A stretch of 52,421 nt of DNA from Deltaproteobacteria bacterium 13_1_40CM_4_68_19 (GCA_001918155.1 MNFJ01000031.1:1-52421), one strand, 5' to 3'. Shown: positions 1-9,778, numbered from the stretch's first letter. The notes: generated by a model not told the origin, from the sequence alone. Numbers and translations: made by a program.

Positions 1-7
1 GGGCGGA

Positions 8-1516
8 GTGATGGCGCCGGAGTTCTACAACCAGCTGGGCGCCATGCATGGCACCATCATGGTGTTCCTCGGCGTGGTCCCGCTGGCGGTGGGCGGCTTC
101 GGCAACTTCGTCGTGCCGCTGCAGATCGGGGCCCCGGACATGGCGTTCCCCCGGCTGAACATGGTGAGCTACTGGGTATTCCTCCCCGGCTGCATCCTCA
201 TGGTCTGCTCGTTCTTCGCGAACGGAGGGGCGGCGCAGTCGGGCTGGACCAGCTACCCGCCGCTCAGCGACATTGCTCCGGCGGGGCAGACGATGTGGTG
301 CCTCGCGATGGTGCTGATCATCACCAGCTCGCTGCTGGGCTCGATCAACTTCATCGTCACCATCGTGCAGCTGCGCGCCAAAGGGCTGACATACTGGCGC
401 CTGCCGTTCTTCGTCCACGCGCAGCTGGTGACGGCCTTTCTGCTCCTGCTGGCCTTTCCCCCGCTCGAGGCCGCTACCGTCATGCAGCTGATGGACCGGC
501 TCGCCGGCACCTCCTTCTTCCTTCCCTCGGGACTGGTCGTCTCGGGCGAGCAGCTCAAGGCGGCCGGCGGCGGAAGCCCGCTGCTCTGGCAGCACCTCTT
601 CTGGTTCCTCGCGCACCCGGAGGTGTACGTCCTCATCCTCCCGGGGATGGGAATCGTCGCCGAGGTGATCGCCAACAACACGCGCAAGCCGCTCTGGGGC
701 TATCGCCTGCTGGTGTACTCGGTGATCTTCATCGGATTCATGAGCTTCGTGGTCTGGGCGCACCACATGTTCATGACGGGCATGGGCACCACCATGTCCA
801 CCTTCTTCCAGACCACCACGATGATCATCTCGATCCCGAGCGTGGTCATCCTCACCTGCTTCATCATGTCGCTCTACGGCGGAAACATCCGGTTCACCGC
901 TCCGATGCTCTTCGCCACCGCCTTCTTGCCCATGTTCGCCATCGGCGGGCTCACCGGGCTCCCGCTGGGCCTGACCGCGAGCGACATCTACCTGCACGAC
1001 ACGTTCTACGTGATCGGCCACTTCCACTACGTGGTCGCGCCCGGGACGCTGTTCGCGCTCTTCGCCGGCATCTACTACTGGTACCCCAAGGCGACCGGCC
1101 GGCAGCTGAGCGACAAGCTCGGCAAGGTCCATTTCTGGCTCAGCTTCGTCGCCATCAACTTCGTGTTCATGCCGATGTTCTTCCAGGGCATGGCCGGCCT
1201 TTCGCGGCGCCTCTACGACCCGACCGTGTACGCGCACGGGCGCGGAGTGCAGGCGCTGAACGTGGTGATCTCCTGGGGCGCGTGGGGGCTCGCCCTCGCG
1301 CAGCTCCCCTTCGTCGTCAACTTCTTCATGAGCCTGAGGGCCGGCGCTCGGGTCGCCGAAAACCCGTGGCACTCCACCACCCTGGAGTGGGCGGCGCCGT
1401 CGCCTCCGGGGCATGGAAACTTCCTCACCGAACCGGTCGTGTACCGCGAGCCGTACGAGTACAGCGTGCCGGGAAAGACCAAGGACTACTCGCCGCAGTT
1501 CCAGGCGGAGGGCTGA
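8..1516 (+). CDS. ctaD: Cytochrome c oxidase subunit I (A-type heme-copper oxidase), probably 5'-truncated by the window edge
   Basis: Motifs HGTIMVF, GAPDMAFPRLN, GWTSYPPL, WFLAHPEVY, WAHHM, HDTFYVIGHFHYV; frame is open back to position 2 and the first helix is missing. Confidence 0.97.
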   Translation: MMAPEFYNQLGAMHGTIMVFLGVVPLAVGGFGNFVVPLQIGAPDMAFPRLNMVSYWVFLPGCILMVCSFFANGGAAQSGWTSYPPLSDIAPAGQTMWCLAMVLIITSSLLGSINFIVTIVQLRAKGLTYWRLPFFVHAQLVTAFLLLLAFPPLEAATVMQLMDRLAGTSFFLPSGLVVSGEQLKAAGGGSPLLWQHLFWFLAHPEVYVLILPGMGIVAEVIANNTRKPLWGYRLLVYSVIFIGFMSFVVWAHHMFMTGMGTTMSTFFQTTTMIISIPSVVILTCFIMSLYGGNIRFTAPMLFATAFLPMFAIGGLTGLPLGLTASDIYLHDTFYVIGHFHYVVAPGTLFALFAGIYYWYPKATGRQLSDKLGKVHFWLSFVAINFVFMPMFFQGMAGLSRRLYDPTVYAHGRGVQALNVVISWGAWGLALAQLPFVVNFFMSLRAGARVAENPWHSTTLEWAAPSPPGHGNFLTEPVVYREPYEYSVPGKTKDYSPQFQAEG

Positions 1517-1517
1517 G

Positions 1518-2129
1518 ATGAGCGAGACCGTCATCCCCTACATGGTGAAGCCGCACCCCGTGACGGGGCTTCCGAACGGCAAGTTCGGCATCTGGCTCTT
1601 CCTCTCCAGCGAGGTGATGCTCTTCGGCGCGCTCTTCTCCAGCTACGTGCTGATCCGCATCGGAATGCCGCACTGGCCGCCGGAAGGAGGGCTCTCCAGC
1701 GAGGTTCTCAGCGTGCCGTGGGGCACGTTCAACACCGCGGTGCTGATCACCAGCTCCATCACCATGGTGCTCGCCTGGGCCTCCTGCAAGATGGGAAGCC
1801 TGCCCCGCTTCAAGAGGTGGATGGGCGCGACCGTCTTCCTCGCGCTCGTCTTCCTGGTGGTGAAGTACTTCGAATACTCCGACAAGTTCCACCACGACCA
1901 CTTCCCCTCGCACGACAACTTCTTCGCCGTCTACTTCCTGCTCACCGGGCTGCACGGTCTGCACATCGTCGGCGGGATCATCGTCAACACCTTCCTGCTC
2001 ACCTGGGGCAGCAGGATGTGGAAGACCGATCCCGAGCATTTCACCAACCGGGTGGAGAACGCCGGCCTCTACTGGCACTTCGTCGACCTGGTCTGGATCT
2101 TCCTCTTCCCTTCCCTCTACCTCCTCTGA
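1518..2129 (+). CDS. ctaE: Cytochrome c oxidase subunit III
   Basis: WLFLSSEVMLF, TGLHGLHI and YWHFVDLVWIFLF motifs; ATG 1 nt after the ctaD stop. Confidence 0.95.
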   Translation: MSETVIPYMVKPHPVTGLPNGKFGIWLFLSSEVMLFGALFSSYVLIRIGMPHWPPEGGLSSEVLSVPWGTFNTAVLITSSITMVLAWASCKMGSLPRFKRWMGATVFLALVFLVVKYFEYSDKFHHDHFPSHDNFFAVYFLLTGLHGLHIVGGIIVNTFLLTWGSRMWKTDPEHFTNRVENAGLYWHFVDLVWIFLFPSLYLL

Positions 2130-2136
2130 GGTGCGC

Positions 2137-2451
2137 ATGGACGCTGCGGGTCACGAAGACGTCAGCAAGCACATGGGGCCGTACTACGCGGTGTTCGTGG
2201 CGCTGCTCTGCCTGACGGCGGTAACGGTGGGCGTGAGCTACCTGCACCTCAATCGCCCCCTCGCCATCACGGTGGCGCTGATCATCGCCTCGGTGAAGGC
2301 GGGCCTGGTCGCCGCCGTGTTCATGCACCTGATCTCGGAGAAGAAAGTGATCTACGCGGTGCTGATTCTCACCGCGCTCTTCTTCGCGCTGCTGCTGGCG
2401 CTACCGAACCTCACCACCTTCGAGCACCACAGCGGGATGCCGGGGACGTAA
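2137..2451 (+). CDS. Cytochrome c oxidase subunit IV family protein
   Basis: Three hydrophobic helices with KAGLVAAVFMHL (KAxLVxxxFMHL) signature; directly follows ctaE. Confidence 0.88.
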   Translation: MDAAGHEDVSKHMGPYYAVFVALLCLTAVTVGVSYLHLNRPLAITVALIIASVKAGLVAAVFMHLISEKKVIYAVLILTALFFALLLALPNLTTFEHHSGMPGT

Positions 2452-2658
2452 GTGTCGCTCAAGGCCTTCCATGTCTTCTTCGTGATCGTCTCCACCCTCT
2501 GCGCCCTGGGGTTCGGAGCCTGGGCGATCGGCGATTACTTGAGGACGGGGAACATCGGGGTGCTGGCGCTGGGCGTGCTCGGCTTCGCCGCGGCGGCGGC
2601 GCTGGTGTGGTACGGGCTGTGGTTCCTGCGCAAGCTGAAGAACGTGAGCTACCTGTGA
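2452..2658 (+). CDS. Small two-TM membrane protein in the cox operon
   Basis: GTG abuts upstream stop; MSLKAFHVFF, two hydrophobic helices, basic tail; TGATG coupling to next ORF. Confidence 0.75.
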   Translation: MSLKAFHVFFVIVSTLCALGFGAWAIGDYLRTGNIGVLALGVLGFAAAAALVWYGLWFLRKLKNVSYL

Positions 2659-2846
2659 TGTCGTTACTGCTCGCCTGCCCGATCTGCTTCGGCGCCGCGG
2701 ACTCCGATCAGGTGCGCGCGGCCAAGGTCGGCGTGCTGGTCCTGCTCGGCTGCATCGTCCCGCTTCTCGTCGCCATCGCGTTCATCGCGCGTTCGTGGGC
2801 GAAGCGGGCCCGGGCCCTGGCTTCTCGGCAATCACCAGCTTCGTGA
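2658..2846 (+). CDS. Small membrane protein with N-terminal CxxC (ACPICFG)
   Basis: ATG overlaps upstream TGA; CPIC followed by one TM helix; 3' end overlaps the convergent methyltransferase. Confidence 0.65.
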   Translation: MSLLLACPICFGAADSDQVRAAKVGVLVLLGCIVPLLVAIAFIARSWAKRARALASRQSPAS

Positions 2847-3861
2847 GGAAGGCGAGCTGCGAGCTCGTCGCGCGCAGGCCCGCCTCGGAGATCCGCGCCG
2901 CCAGATCGTCCTTCACGTAGCCGGTGTAGAACGGCTCGTGGAACCGGGAAGGGAAGGCGAGGATCTCGCGCTGCAGCTCCGGCGCGTCGGCGAGCTGGAT
3001 GCTGTCGGCGACCGCCACCAGCCCGCCCGGGCGGAGGACGCGCGCCATCTCCGCCAGCACGCGCGCCCGCACCTCGGCGGGCACCTCGTGCATGAGGTAG
3101 GCGCTGGTGACGACGTCGAATGACGCGTCGACGAAGGGAAGCTTCTCCGCGTTGTCGCAGACCAGCGAGACGTCCAGGTCCCGGGGGAGGACCTCGCGCG
3201 CACGGGCGATGTAGTGAGGCGAGAGATCCACTCCGAACAGCTTCGCCTCCAGGGGCAGCGCCGCTCCGAGCATGTTCAAGAGATGGCCGGTGCCGCAGCC
3301 CACGTCGAGCAGGCGCAGCGGCTGGGCTGGCGAGGCGCCGCGGGCCCGGGCGGTGCGGACCACGGGCGGCACGAGCCGGCGGCGCATCGCATCGGCCGTG
3401 CCGCCGAAGAGCAGCTCGACCTGCAGGTCGTAGAGGGCGGCGCTGGTGTGTCCGAGGTAGCCGTCGGTCTGGTAGTGGAAGTTGCGCGCGTAGTAGTGGG
3501 GATAGCGGCCCTGCGCTGCGTCTTGCGGCAGCTCGCGGAAGTCGCCCCGGCCGATGCGGGCGCGCGTGCGCGGCAGATCGGCGAGCAGGCGCGGAACCGC
3601 CTGCGCGTACTCGCGCCAGGGAAGCGTCTCGATCAGCGAGCGCGGGTAGTAGCCCGCCTCCGCGTCGCGGAAGTCCTGGTCGAAGAGCTCCTCCAGCCTG
3701 CGGCGCAGCGAGGCCGCCGCCTCGGGCGAGGAGGGGTCTTCCCAGCGAAGCAGGGCCCGCGAGTAGGCGAGGTACGCGAGGCGGACCGCGCCGGCGCGCG
3801 CGACCCGGGATCGGACGTAAATGCGGCGCGACAGCTCGCGGCGAAGCCCGGCGACGGCCAT
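2782..3861 (-). CDS. Class I SAM-dependent methyltransferase (UbiE/COQ5-like)
   Basis: LLDVGCGTG motif I, GVDLSP, AEKLPF, LRPGG, N-terminal YYARNFHYQTDGYL block; start chosen at MAVAG within the longer ORF. Confidence 0.88.
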   Translation of the reverse strand: MAVAGLRRELSRRIYVRSRVARAGAVRLAYLAYSRALLRWEDPSSPEAAASLRRRLEELFDQDFRDAEAGYYPRSLIETLPWREYAQAVPRLLADLPRTRARIGRGDFRELPQDAAQGRYPHYYARNFHYQTDGYLGHTSAALYDLQVELLFGGTADAMRRRLVPPVVRTARARGASPAQPLRLLDVGCGTGHLLNMLGAALPLEAKLFGVDLSPHYIARAREVLPRDLDVSLVCDNAEKLPFVDASFDVVTSAYLMHEVPAEVRARVLAEMARVLRPGGLVAVADSIQLADAPELQREILAFPSRFHEPFYTGYVKDDLAARISEAGLRATSSQLAFLTKLVIAEKPGPGPASPTNAR

Positions 3862-3912
3862 GAGAAGATGATCCTTGCCTGCGGAGGTCCATCGCGCAAC
3901 TCTTCCAGTCGT

Positions 3913-4647
3913 ATGGTGCCGCTGACGAAGATCGCTCCAGGCAATGAGTTCCCGGCGCTTCCCGTCGGCGCCGGCGACAGGGTCTTCGTGCTGACCGGCG
4001 CCGGGATCAGCGCCGAGAGCGGGGTGAGGACGTTTCGCGACGCGGGTGGGCTCTGGGAAGAGCACCGCATCGAGGACGTCGCCACGCCGGAGGCATTCGC
4101 CCGCGACCCGGAGCTGGTCTGGCACTTCTACTCGCAGCGCCGCAAGCAGGCCGGCAGCGTACAGCCGAACCCGGCCCACCTCGCGCTGGCGAAGCTGCAG
4201 GCGCAGATCGGCGAGCGGCTGTTCCTCTGCACCCAGAACGTCGACCCGCTGCACGAGCGCGCCGGATCGCGCGACGTGCACCACATGCACGGGGAGCTGC
4301 TGAAGACGCGCTGCGACTCCTGCGAGCGGCTGCCCTTCCACGATGACGGCGCATACCTCGATGAGGTGCCGCGCTGCGACCGATGCGGCGGGCGCCTCAG
4401 GCCCCACGTGGTCTGGTTCGGCGAGATCCCCTTCGGGATGGGCCGGATCTACCAGCAACTGAACGAGTGCGATCTCTTCCCCGCCGCTGGATTCGTCTCC
4501 CACCTGCGGCACAATCCGAACTCGCGCGGCCGCTTCGCCCGCTGCATCTACGTCGGCCTCGAGCGGCCGGAAAATGCCCATTCGTTCGACGAGTGCCGCC
4601 TGGGAAAGGCGGGAGAGCTCCTTCCCTCGCTCTTCGAGGTGGGCTGA
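3913..4647 (+). CDS. cobB: NAD-dependent protein deacylase (sirtuin, class III); appears to lack the GTS motif
   Basis: GAGISAESG-TFR, FYSQR (YxxR), TQNVD, HG, two CxxC, RPHVVWFGE; apparent in-frame deletion at ~4480. Confidence 0.88.
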   Translation: MVPLTKIAPGNEFPALPVGAGDRVFVLTGAGISAESGVRTFRDAGGLWEEHRIEDVATPEAFARDPELVWHFYSQRRKQAGSVQPNPAHLALAKLQAQIGERLFLCTQNVDPLHERAGSRDVHHMHGELLKTRCDSCERLPFHDDGAYLDEVPRCDRCGGRLRPHVVWFGEIPFGMGRIYQQLNECDLFPAAGFVSHLRHNPNSRGRFARCIYVGLERPENAHSFDECRLGKAGELLPSLFEVG

Positions 4648-5822
4648 TGCGCGACCTGCTCGCCCTGTACGACGACGTGGTGCGGGCGCTCGACGCACGC
4701 GCGTTGGCTCGCGCCGCCTCCGCCCGCGCTCCCCGCCCTGCCCCAGGAGGACGGCTGGTCGTCCTCGGGCTCGGCAAGGTCGCCGCGGAGCTGTACGAGG
4801 GCGCGCGCGGCGAAGGAGAGGCGCTCCTGGTCGTGCCGCCGGATGCGCCTTCTCCCGCGGGCGCGCGCGTCCTGCGCGGCAGCCATCCGCTGCCGGACGC
4901 CGGATCGATCGCCGCCGGAGAGGCATTGCTCGCCGCGGCTGCGGTGCTGGGGCCCGACGATGCCGCGCTGCTGCTGATCTCGGGAGGCGGCTCTTCGCTG
5001 GCGGAAGCGCCGCACCCGGATCTCTCGCTCGCCGACCTGCGCGCCGTGAACCAGGCTCTGCTGACCTCGGGCGCACCGATCGAGGAGATGAATTGCGTGC
5101 GTGCGCATCTCTCCCGCCTCAAGGGCGGCGGACTCGCCCGCGCCTTGCATGCCGCCGGGGTCACGCGGGCCCGGGCCTTCGTGGCAGTCGACGTGCCGAT
5201 CGGCGGGGTGCGGGCGGTCTCCAGCGGCCCGGCGATCGCAGACGAGACCACCTGCGCGGATGCGCTCGCGCTGGCGCGCAAGTACGGGCTCCCGCCGGCC
5301 GCGACTCGCGTGCGCGAGACGCTGAAGCCCGGCGACCCTGCCGATTTCATCGAGCACGAAGCGCTCTGCGACCTGCGCTCTGCCGCGCAGGAAGCCGCGC
5401 ACCGTGCGCCGCTGCGCATGCTCGACTCTCCGGTTCGGGGCACGATAGAGGCCTTCGCCGACACGCTTTCGCGGGAGCGCGGATTCTCTTGCGCTAGCGG
5501 GGAGCTGGAGATCCGCGTGCCACCGGGAGCGCCGCCCGGCGGCCGCGATCAGCACCTCGCCCTCCTCATGGCGCGCAAGCTGCGCGGCGAGCGCGGAGCG
5601 GCCTTTCTCGCCGCCGGCACCGACGGGCGTGATGGCCCGACCGGCGCTGCGGGGGCGACCGTGGACGGCGCCACCTGGGACGAGGCGGAGCGCCGCGGCC
5701 TCGCGCCGGACAAGGGGATCGATCAATTCGACGCCGGGCGCGTTCTCGGAGCGCTCGGGCTCCTCATTCCCGAGCGTCACACCGGCGCGCATGCCGGAGA
5801 CCTGTTCCTGCTTCGCCGTTGA
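4647..5822 (+). CDS. Glycerate kinase type 2 / MOFRL (DUF4147) family protein
   Basis: GLGK, GSHPLPD, LISGGGSSL, LSRLKGGGL, SGP, GGRDQ, GTDGRDG motifs; TGATG coupling to cobB. Confidence 0.88.
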   Translation: MRDLLALYDDVVRALDARALARAASARAPRPAPGGRLVVLGLGKVAAELYEGARGEGEALLVVPPDAPSPAGARVLRGSHPLPDAGSIAAGEALLAAAAVLGPDDAALLLISGGGSSLAEAPHPDLSLADLRAVNQALLTSGAPIEEMNCVRAHLSRLKGGGLARALHAAGVTRARAFVAVDVPIGGVRAVSSGPAIADETTCADALALARKYGLPPAATRVRETLKPGDPADFIEHEALCDLRSAAQEAAHRAPLRMLDSPVRGTIEAFADTLSRERGFSCASGELEIRVPPGAPPGGRDQHLALLMARKLRGERGAAFLAAGTDGRDGPTGAAGATVDGATWDEAERRGLAPDKGIDQFDAGRVLGALGLLIPERHTGAHAGDLFLLRR

Positions 5823-5836
5823 GGTATGGTTCGCAG

Positions 5837-6391
5837 ATGAACCCTCGCCTGCTCGCGGCGCTCCTGCTCGCCGGCGCTCCGGCGTTGTCCGCTCAAGGGC
5901 CGTCGACCGAGGAATGGAGCTCGCTGCAGTCGAACCTGGAGGGCCTCTATGCCGCCATCGGCGGAGGCGGAAACCTCCTGATCATCCCCGGCGACAACGC
6001 CTTCGGATACGACGCCGAGCTTCGCCTCGGCTACAGCTTCAACCCCGTGCTGCAGATCTACCTCTCCGGCAGCGTGGATGGCGCCAGGCTCTCGGGCCGC
6101 ACGTTCCGGTCCGGGCAGATCGTCGCCTTCGTGCAGTACCACCTGCTCGTCAAGCCGGCGGTGATGGTCTACGGGCGCGGCGGCATCGGCGTCGGTCTGT
6201 CCCGCGACGTGGTTCCCGATTCGACCGCGGTTGGCCTGGCGGAGGCCGGCGGACTGGGCGTGGAGATCCGCGTGGCGCCGAACCTGTTTCTCGGGCCCGA
6301 GTTGTTCTACCGGAACGCGAGCCTGAGCACGCAGGGAATCGACCAGCAGCTGCATACGATCGGGCTTCAGCTCGCGCTGGTCTATTACTGA
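5837..6391 (+). CDS. Outer-membrane beta-barrel protein (small 8-stranded type)
   Basis: Signal peptide, alternating Gly/aromatic beta-strands, C-terminal aromatic (VYY). Confidence 0.72.
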   Translation: MNPRLLAALLLAGAPALSAQGPSTEEWSSLQSNLEGLYAAIGGGGNLLIIPGDNAFGYDAELRLGYSFNPVLQIYLSGSVDGARLSGRTFRSGQIVAFVQYHLLVKPAVMVYGRGGIGVGLSRDVVPDSTAVGLAEAGGLGVEIRVAPNLFLGPELFYRNASLSTQGIDQQLHTIGLQLALVYY

Positions 6392-6837
6392 AGCGCGACG
6401 TGGCGCGCCTGCCATTTCCCCTGGAGGCGCTCGAACAGGCCGACGCATACCGGCAGCGAGAACCTGCGCGGGCCGGCGCTGCCGGGATTGAACCACCAGA
6501 TGCTGTCCTCGCGCTCGTCCACCGGTTTGTGGCTGTGGCCGAAGACGACCACGTCCGCCGGGGCACGCTGCAGCTCGGCCTTTGCGTCGTCGCGGATGTG
6601 CACGAGCAGGAAGCGCAGCCCGCCGAGCGAGACGCGCGCGCTCTTGCCTGCCGGCCCGCAGCGCCAGCCGTCGTTGTTGCCCGCGCAGGCCGTCACCTTC
6701 GCGATGGCGCCCAGCTCGGCGAGCACTTCCTCGCCGCCGATGTCGCCGGCGTGCAGGATGTGATCGACGCCTCGGAAGACGTCGTGCACCTGCGGCCGCA
6801 GGAGTCCGTGGGTATCCGAGATGACGCCGATGCGCAC
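6385..6837 (-). CDS. Metallophosphoesterase, YfcE/MJ0936 family
   Basis: ISDTHG, HAGD, GNND, GHSH and NPGS motifs; GTG start. Confidence 0.92.
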   Translation of the reverse strand: MRIGVISDTHGLLRPQVHDVFRGVDHILHAGDIGGEEVLAELGAIAKVTACAGNNDGWRCGPAGKSARVSLGGLRFLLVHIRDDAKAELQRAPADVVVFGHSHKPVDEREDSIWWFNPGSAGPRRFSLPVCVGLFERLQGKWQARHVALQ

Positions 6838-6858
6838 GCCTGCAGTATAAGGCGGCCG
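6838..6858. promoter_or_regulatory. Putative overlapping bidirectional -10 element serving two leaderless genes
   Basis: 21-bp gap between divergent starts; TATACT on minus (6844-6849) 6 nt before GTG and TATAAG on plus (6846-6851) 7 nt before ATG; no Shine-Dalgarno. Confidence 0.55.
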
Positions 6859-7419
6859 ATGCGACTCCTCTGCGACACGGCCCGTGAATGGGTGGCACTG
6901 GCCCTGCGGCGATTCGACGAGGTGCTCGTCGACCATGCCCATTGCGAGAAGAAGGCGGCTGCGCACGCGCTCTCGATGCTCGCCGCGTTCCCCACGGTGG
7001 CGGGGCTGCCGCGCGCGATGGCCCGGCTCGCCCGCGAAGAGGCGGGCCACCTCGCGCAGGTGCTGTCGGTGATGGAGAAGCGCGGGCTGCCGCTCGGCCG
7101 CGACCCGGGGGATCCGTATGTCCAAGGACTGCAGGCGTTGGTGCGACAGCCTGCGCGGGAGCGGCTGCTCGATCGGCTGCTGGTTTCGGCGCTGATCGAG
7201 GCGCGAAGCGAGGAGCGGCTGGCCCTGCTCGGAGCGAATCTGCCGGACCCCGAGATGAGGCGGTTCTACTCCCGTCTCGCGGACGCCGAGAGCGGACATC
7301 GGGAGCTCTTCCTGCGCTTCGCGCGCCGGTGCGAGGGGTTCGAGGCGCGGCTGGGGCAGATGCTTCGCGCGGAGGCATCGCTGATCCGCGAGCTGCCGTT
7401 ACGGCCGGCGATTCACTGA
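6859..7419 (+). CDS. miaE: tRNA-(ms2io6A) hydroxylase MiaE family (diiron, ferritin-like)
   Basis: DHAHCEKKAA, AREEAGH, LIEARSEER, AESGH motifs. Confidence 0.9.
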   Translation: MRLLCDTAREWVALALRRFDEVLVDHAHCEKKAAAHALSMLAAFPTVAGLPRAMARLAREEAGHLAQVLSVMEKRGLPLGRDPGDPYVQGLQALVRQPARERLLDRLLVSALIEARSEERLALLGANLPDPEMRRFYSRLADAESGHRELFLRFARRCEGFEARLGQMLRAEASLIRELPLRPAIH

Positions 7420-9755
7420 CGGCGGCGAGGCGGTGGCGGCGTTCTCCGGCCAGGCGTGCTTCGGGTATTTTCGCATCAGCTCGCGGCGAATGGCCGGATA
7501 GTGGCGTTGCCAGAACCCGGCGAGATCCTGCGTCACCTGCTGCGCGCGTCCGCTCGGCGCCAGCAGGTGCAGCGTGAGAGGAACGCGGCCGTTGCAGATG
7601 GAAGGCCCGCGCTCGAGCCCGAAGAAGTCCTGCAGGCGCGAGCGCACGGCCGGCGGCTGTCCCTCGGCGTACTCGACGCGCAGCTTGCGTCCGCCGGGAA
7701 GTGCGACGTGGTCGGGCGCGAGCCGATCGAGGTGCGCAGGCGTCAGCGAGGAGAGGAGATCGGCCTCGCGCAGCTCCCGCAGCGAGGTGGCCCCGCGCGC
7801 CGCTTCCTCCAGGCGGGCGCGCAACCTCGCGTCGCTGAACGCCTCGATCCCCGCTTCCGGGCAATGGCGGGAAACGACTGCGATCCGCGCCCGCAGGCGG
7901 GCGAGCGCGTCCGGGTCCGGAATCCCGCCGGCGTGGTCGAGCAGAGCCGGCGGGTCTCCTCGAGCGCGAGCTGATCGTAGAGCAATCGGGAGACCACCTC
8001 GACGCGCTCGCGCGCAGGCTCCCAGACGAGATCGGTGTGCTCGCGCAGCGCCTGGGGTTGGAGATCGAGCAGCCACCCGGCCTCGATGGCGCTGGCGACG
8101 CGGATCAGGACGCGCGTGCGATTTCCCCTCTGCCGCTGCTCGGCATCGACGGCGACGAGGAGGTCCGCATCCCGGACGGCGCTCTCCGCCGACAGCTGCG
8201 CCGCGCCTCCAGACGCGAGCAGGAGCTCTGTTCCGCGGCGCTTGGCGACCCGATCGGGGAAGCCCGCCAGCACCGAGAGGAGGATCGCCTCCTCGCGCGG
8301 CCCGCTTCTCGGCCCCTGCGGCGGCGCGAGACGGAGCAGCTGCGCGCGGGCCTGTTCCGCGCGCGGCGAGCGGCGACGCTCGAGGAGATCGAGAACGTCG
8401 GAAGGGCCGGTCGGGGCAAGGCCGGGATCCCCGCGGGCGTCGCGCTCGTTCAGCAGGGCCGCCGCCGTGCATCCATCGTCGCGGTACCCGCGGCGTGCTG
8501 CTTCGACCGCGAGCCGCGCGAGCCGGGGATGCAGCGGCAGCTTCGCGCACGCGCGACCCAGCTCGGTCGCGTCGCCGCGCGCGTCCAGCGCTCCGATGCG
8601 GCGGAGCAGATCGGCGGCGACCTGCAATGGGGCCGCCGGCGGCGGATCGAGCCAGGGCAGCGAGCCCGGGTCGAGCGCGGCGGCGCGCAGCTCGAGCAAG
8701 AGGCCGGCGAGATCGAGCCGTTCGATCTCCGGCGCATGGTGCTCCGGGCGCGAGTCGAAATCGTGGCGCGTGTACAGCCGCAGGGCACGGCCTGGACCGA
8801 GCCGTCCGGCGCGGCCTGCGCGCTGCGCTGCGGAAGCGCGGCTGATCCGTGCGACGTTCAGCGTGGGCAGGCCAGACCAGGGCGAATGCGAGGCGATGCG
8901 CGCGAGTCCGCTGTCGACGACGGAGGTCACCCCGGGCACCGTCACGCTGGTCTCGGCGACGTTCGTGCTGAGGATCACTTTTCGCCGGGAGCCCGCCGCC
9001 AGCGCGCGATCCTGCTCCGCCGCGGACAGGTCGCCATGAAGCGGCGTGAGCAGCAGGTCGCGATGCCGGGCCAGCTCCGAGCACGCCGAAGCGGCCTGGC
9101 GGATCTCGGCCGCGCCCGGCAGGAAGACGAGGACGTCTCCCGTACTGCCGGGCACCGTGAGACGGCGGACCGCGGCAGCCACCTGCTGCTCGAGCCGGCG
9201 CTCGCCGGCCTTCTCCAGATGCTCGATCTCCACCGGGAAGCGGCGGCCCTCGCTTCGGATCACGGGGGCGCCCAGATGCCGGGCGAGCGGAGCGGTCTCG
9301 AGCGTGGCGGACATCACCACGAGCTTGATCGCGGGGAGCAATCGCTGCGCGAGCGCGAGGGCGAGGTCCCCGGGCAGATGGCGCTCGTGGAACTCGTCGA
9401 GGACGACCGCGCCGACGCCGCGGAGCTGCGGATCGGAGAGCATCCGCCTCGCGAGGATGCCTTCGGTGACGTACCAGAGCCGGGTCCGGGAAGTTCCCGA
9501 TTGCTCGAATCGCACTTGCCAACCGACCACGTCGGGATCGCCGAGTTCCTGCGCGACGCGCCGGGCTGCCATGCGTGCTGCGATCCGCCGCGGTTCCAGC
9601 ACGACGATCTCGCCTTCGACCCGATCGAGCAACGCGGGGGGAACGCGGGTGGTCTTGCCGGCCCCCGCAGGCGCCTCGAGCACGGCGGCAGGGTGCGTCC
9701 GCAGCGCTTCCAGCAATTCCGGCAGGGCGGCATCGACGGGCAGGGCTTCCTTCAC
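7399..9755 (-). pseudogene. hrpB: ATP-dependent helicase HrpB, frameshifted near 7950 (real lesion or assembly error)
   Basis: GAGKTT, DEFHER, MSAT, TNVAETS, QRAGRAGR in frame 7743-9755; HrpB C-terminal motifs (RLQDFFG, LLAP-GR-QVTQDL-FW, KYPKHAWP) lie in another frame ending at 7399. Confidence 0.88.
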
Positions 9756-9778
9756 GGCGGCCGACTATAAGGGCGCGC

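Noticed and set aside
2782-5076. 764-aa methyltransferase fusion, and the similar 1330-aa TreS and 923-aa CheA ORF extensions
   Set aside because: N-terminal extensions run through neighbouring genes; true starts are internal
7399-7401. TTA codon in miaE as an autoregulatory rare codon
   Set aside because: It is the reverse complement of the overlapping hrpB TAA stop and lies at the extreme 3' end, so overlap explains it
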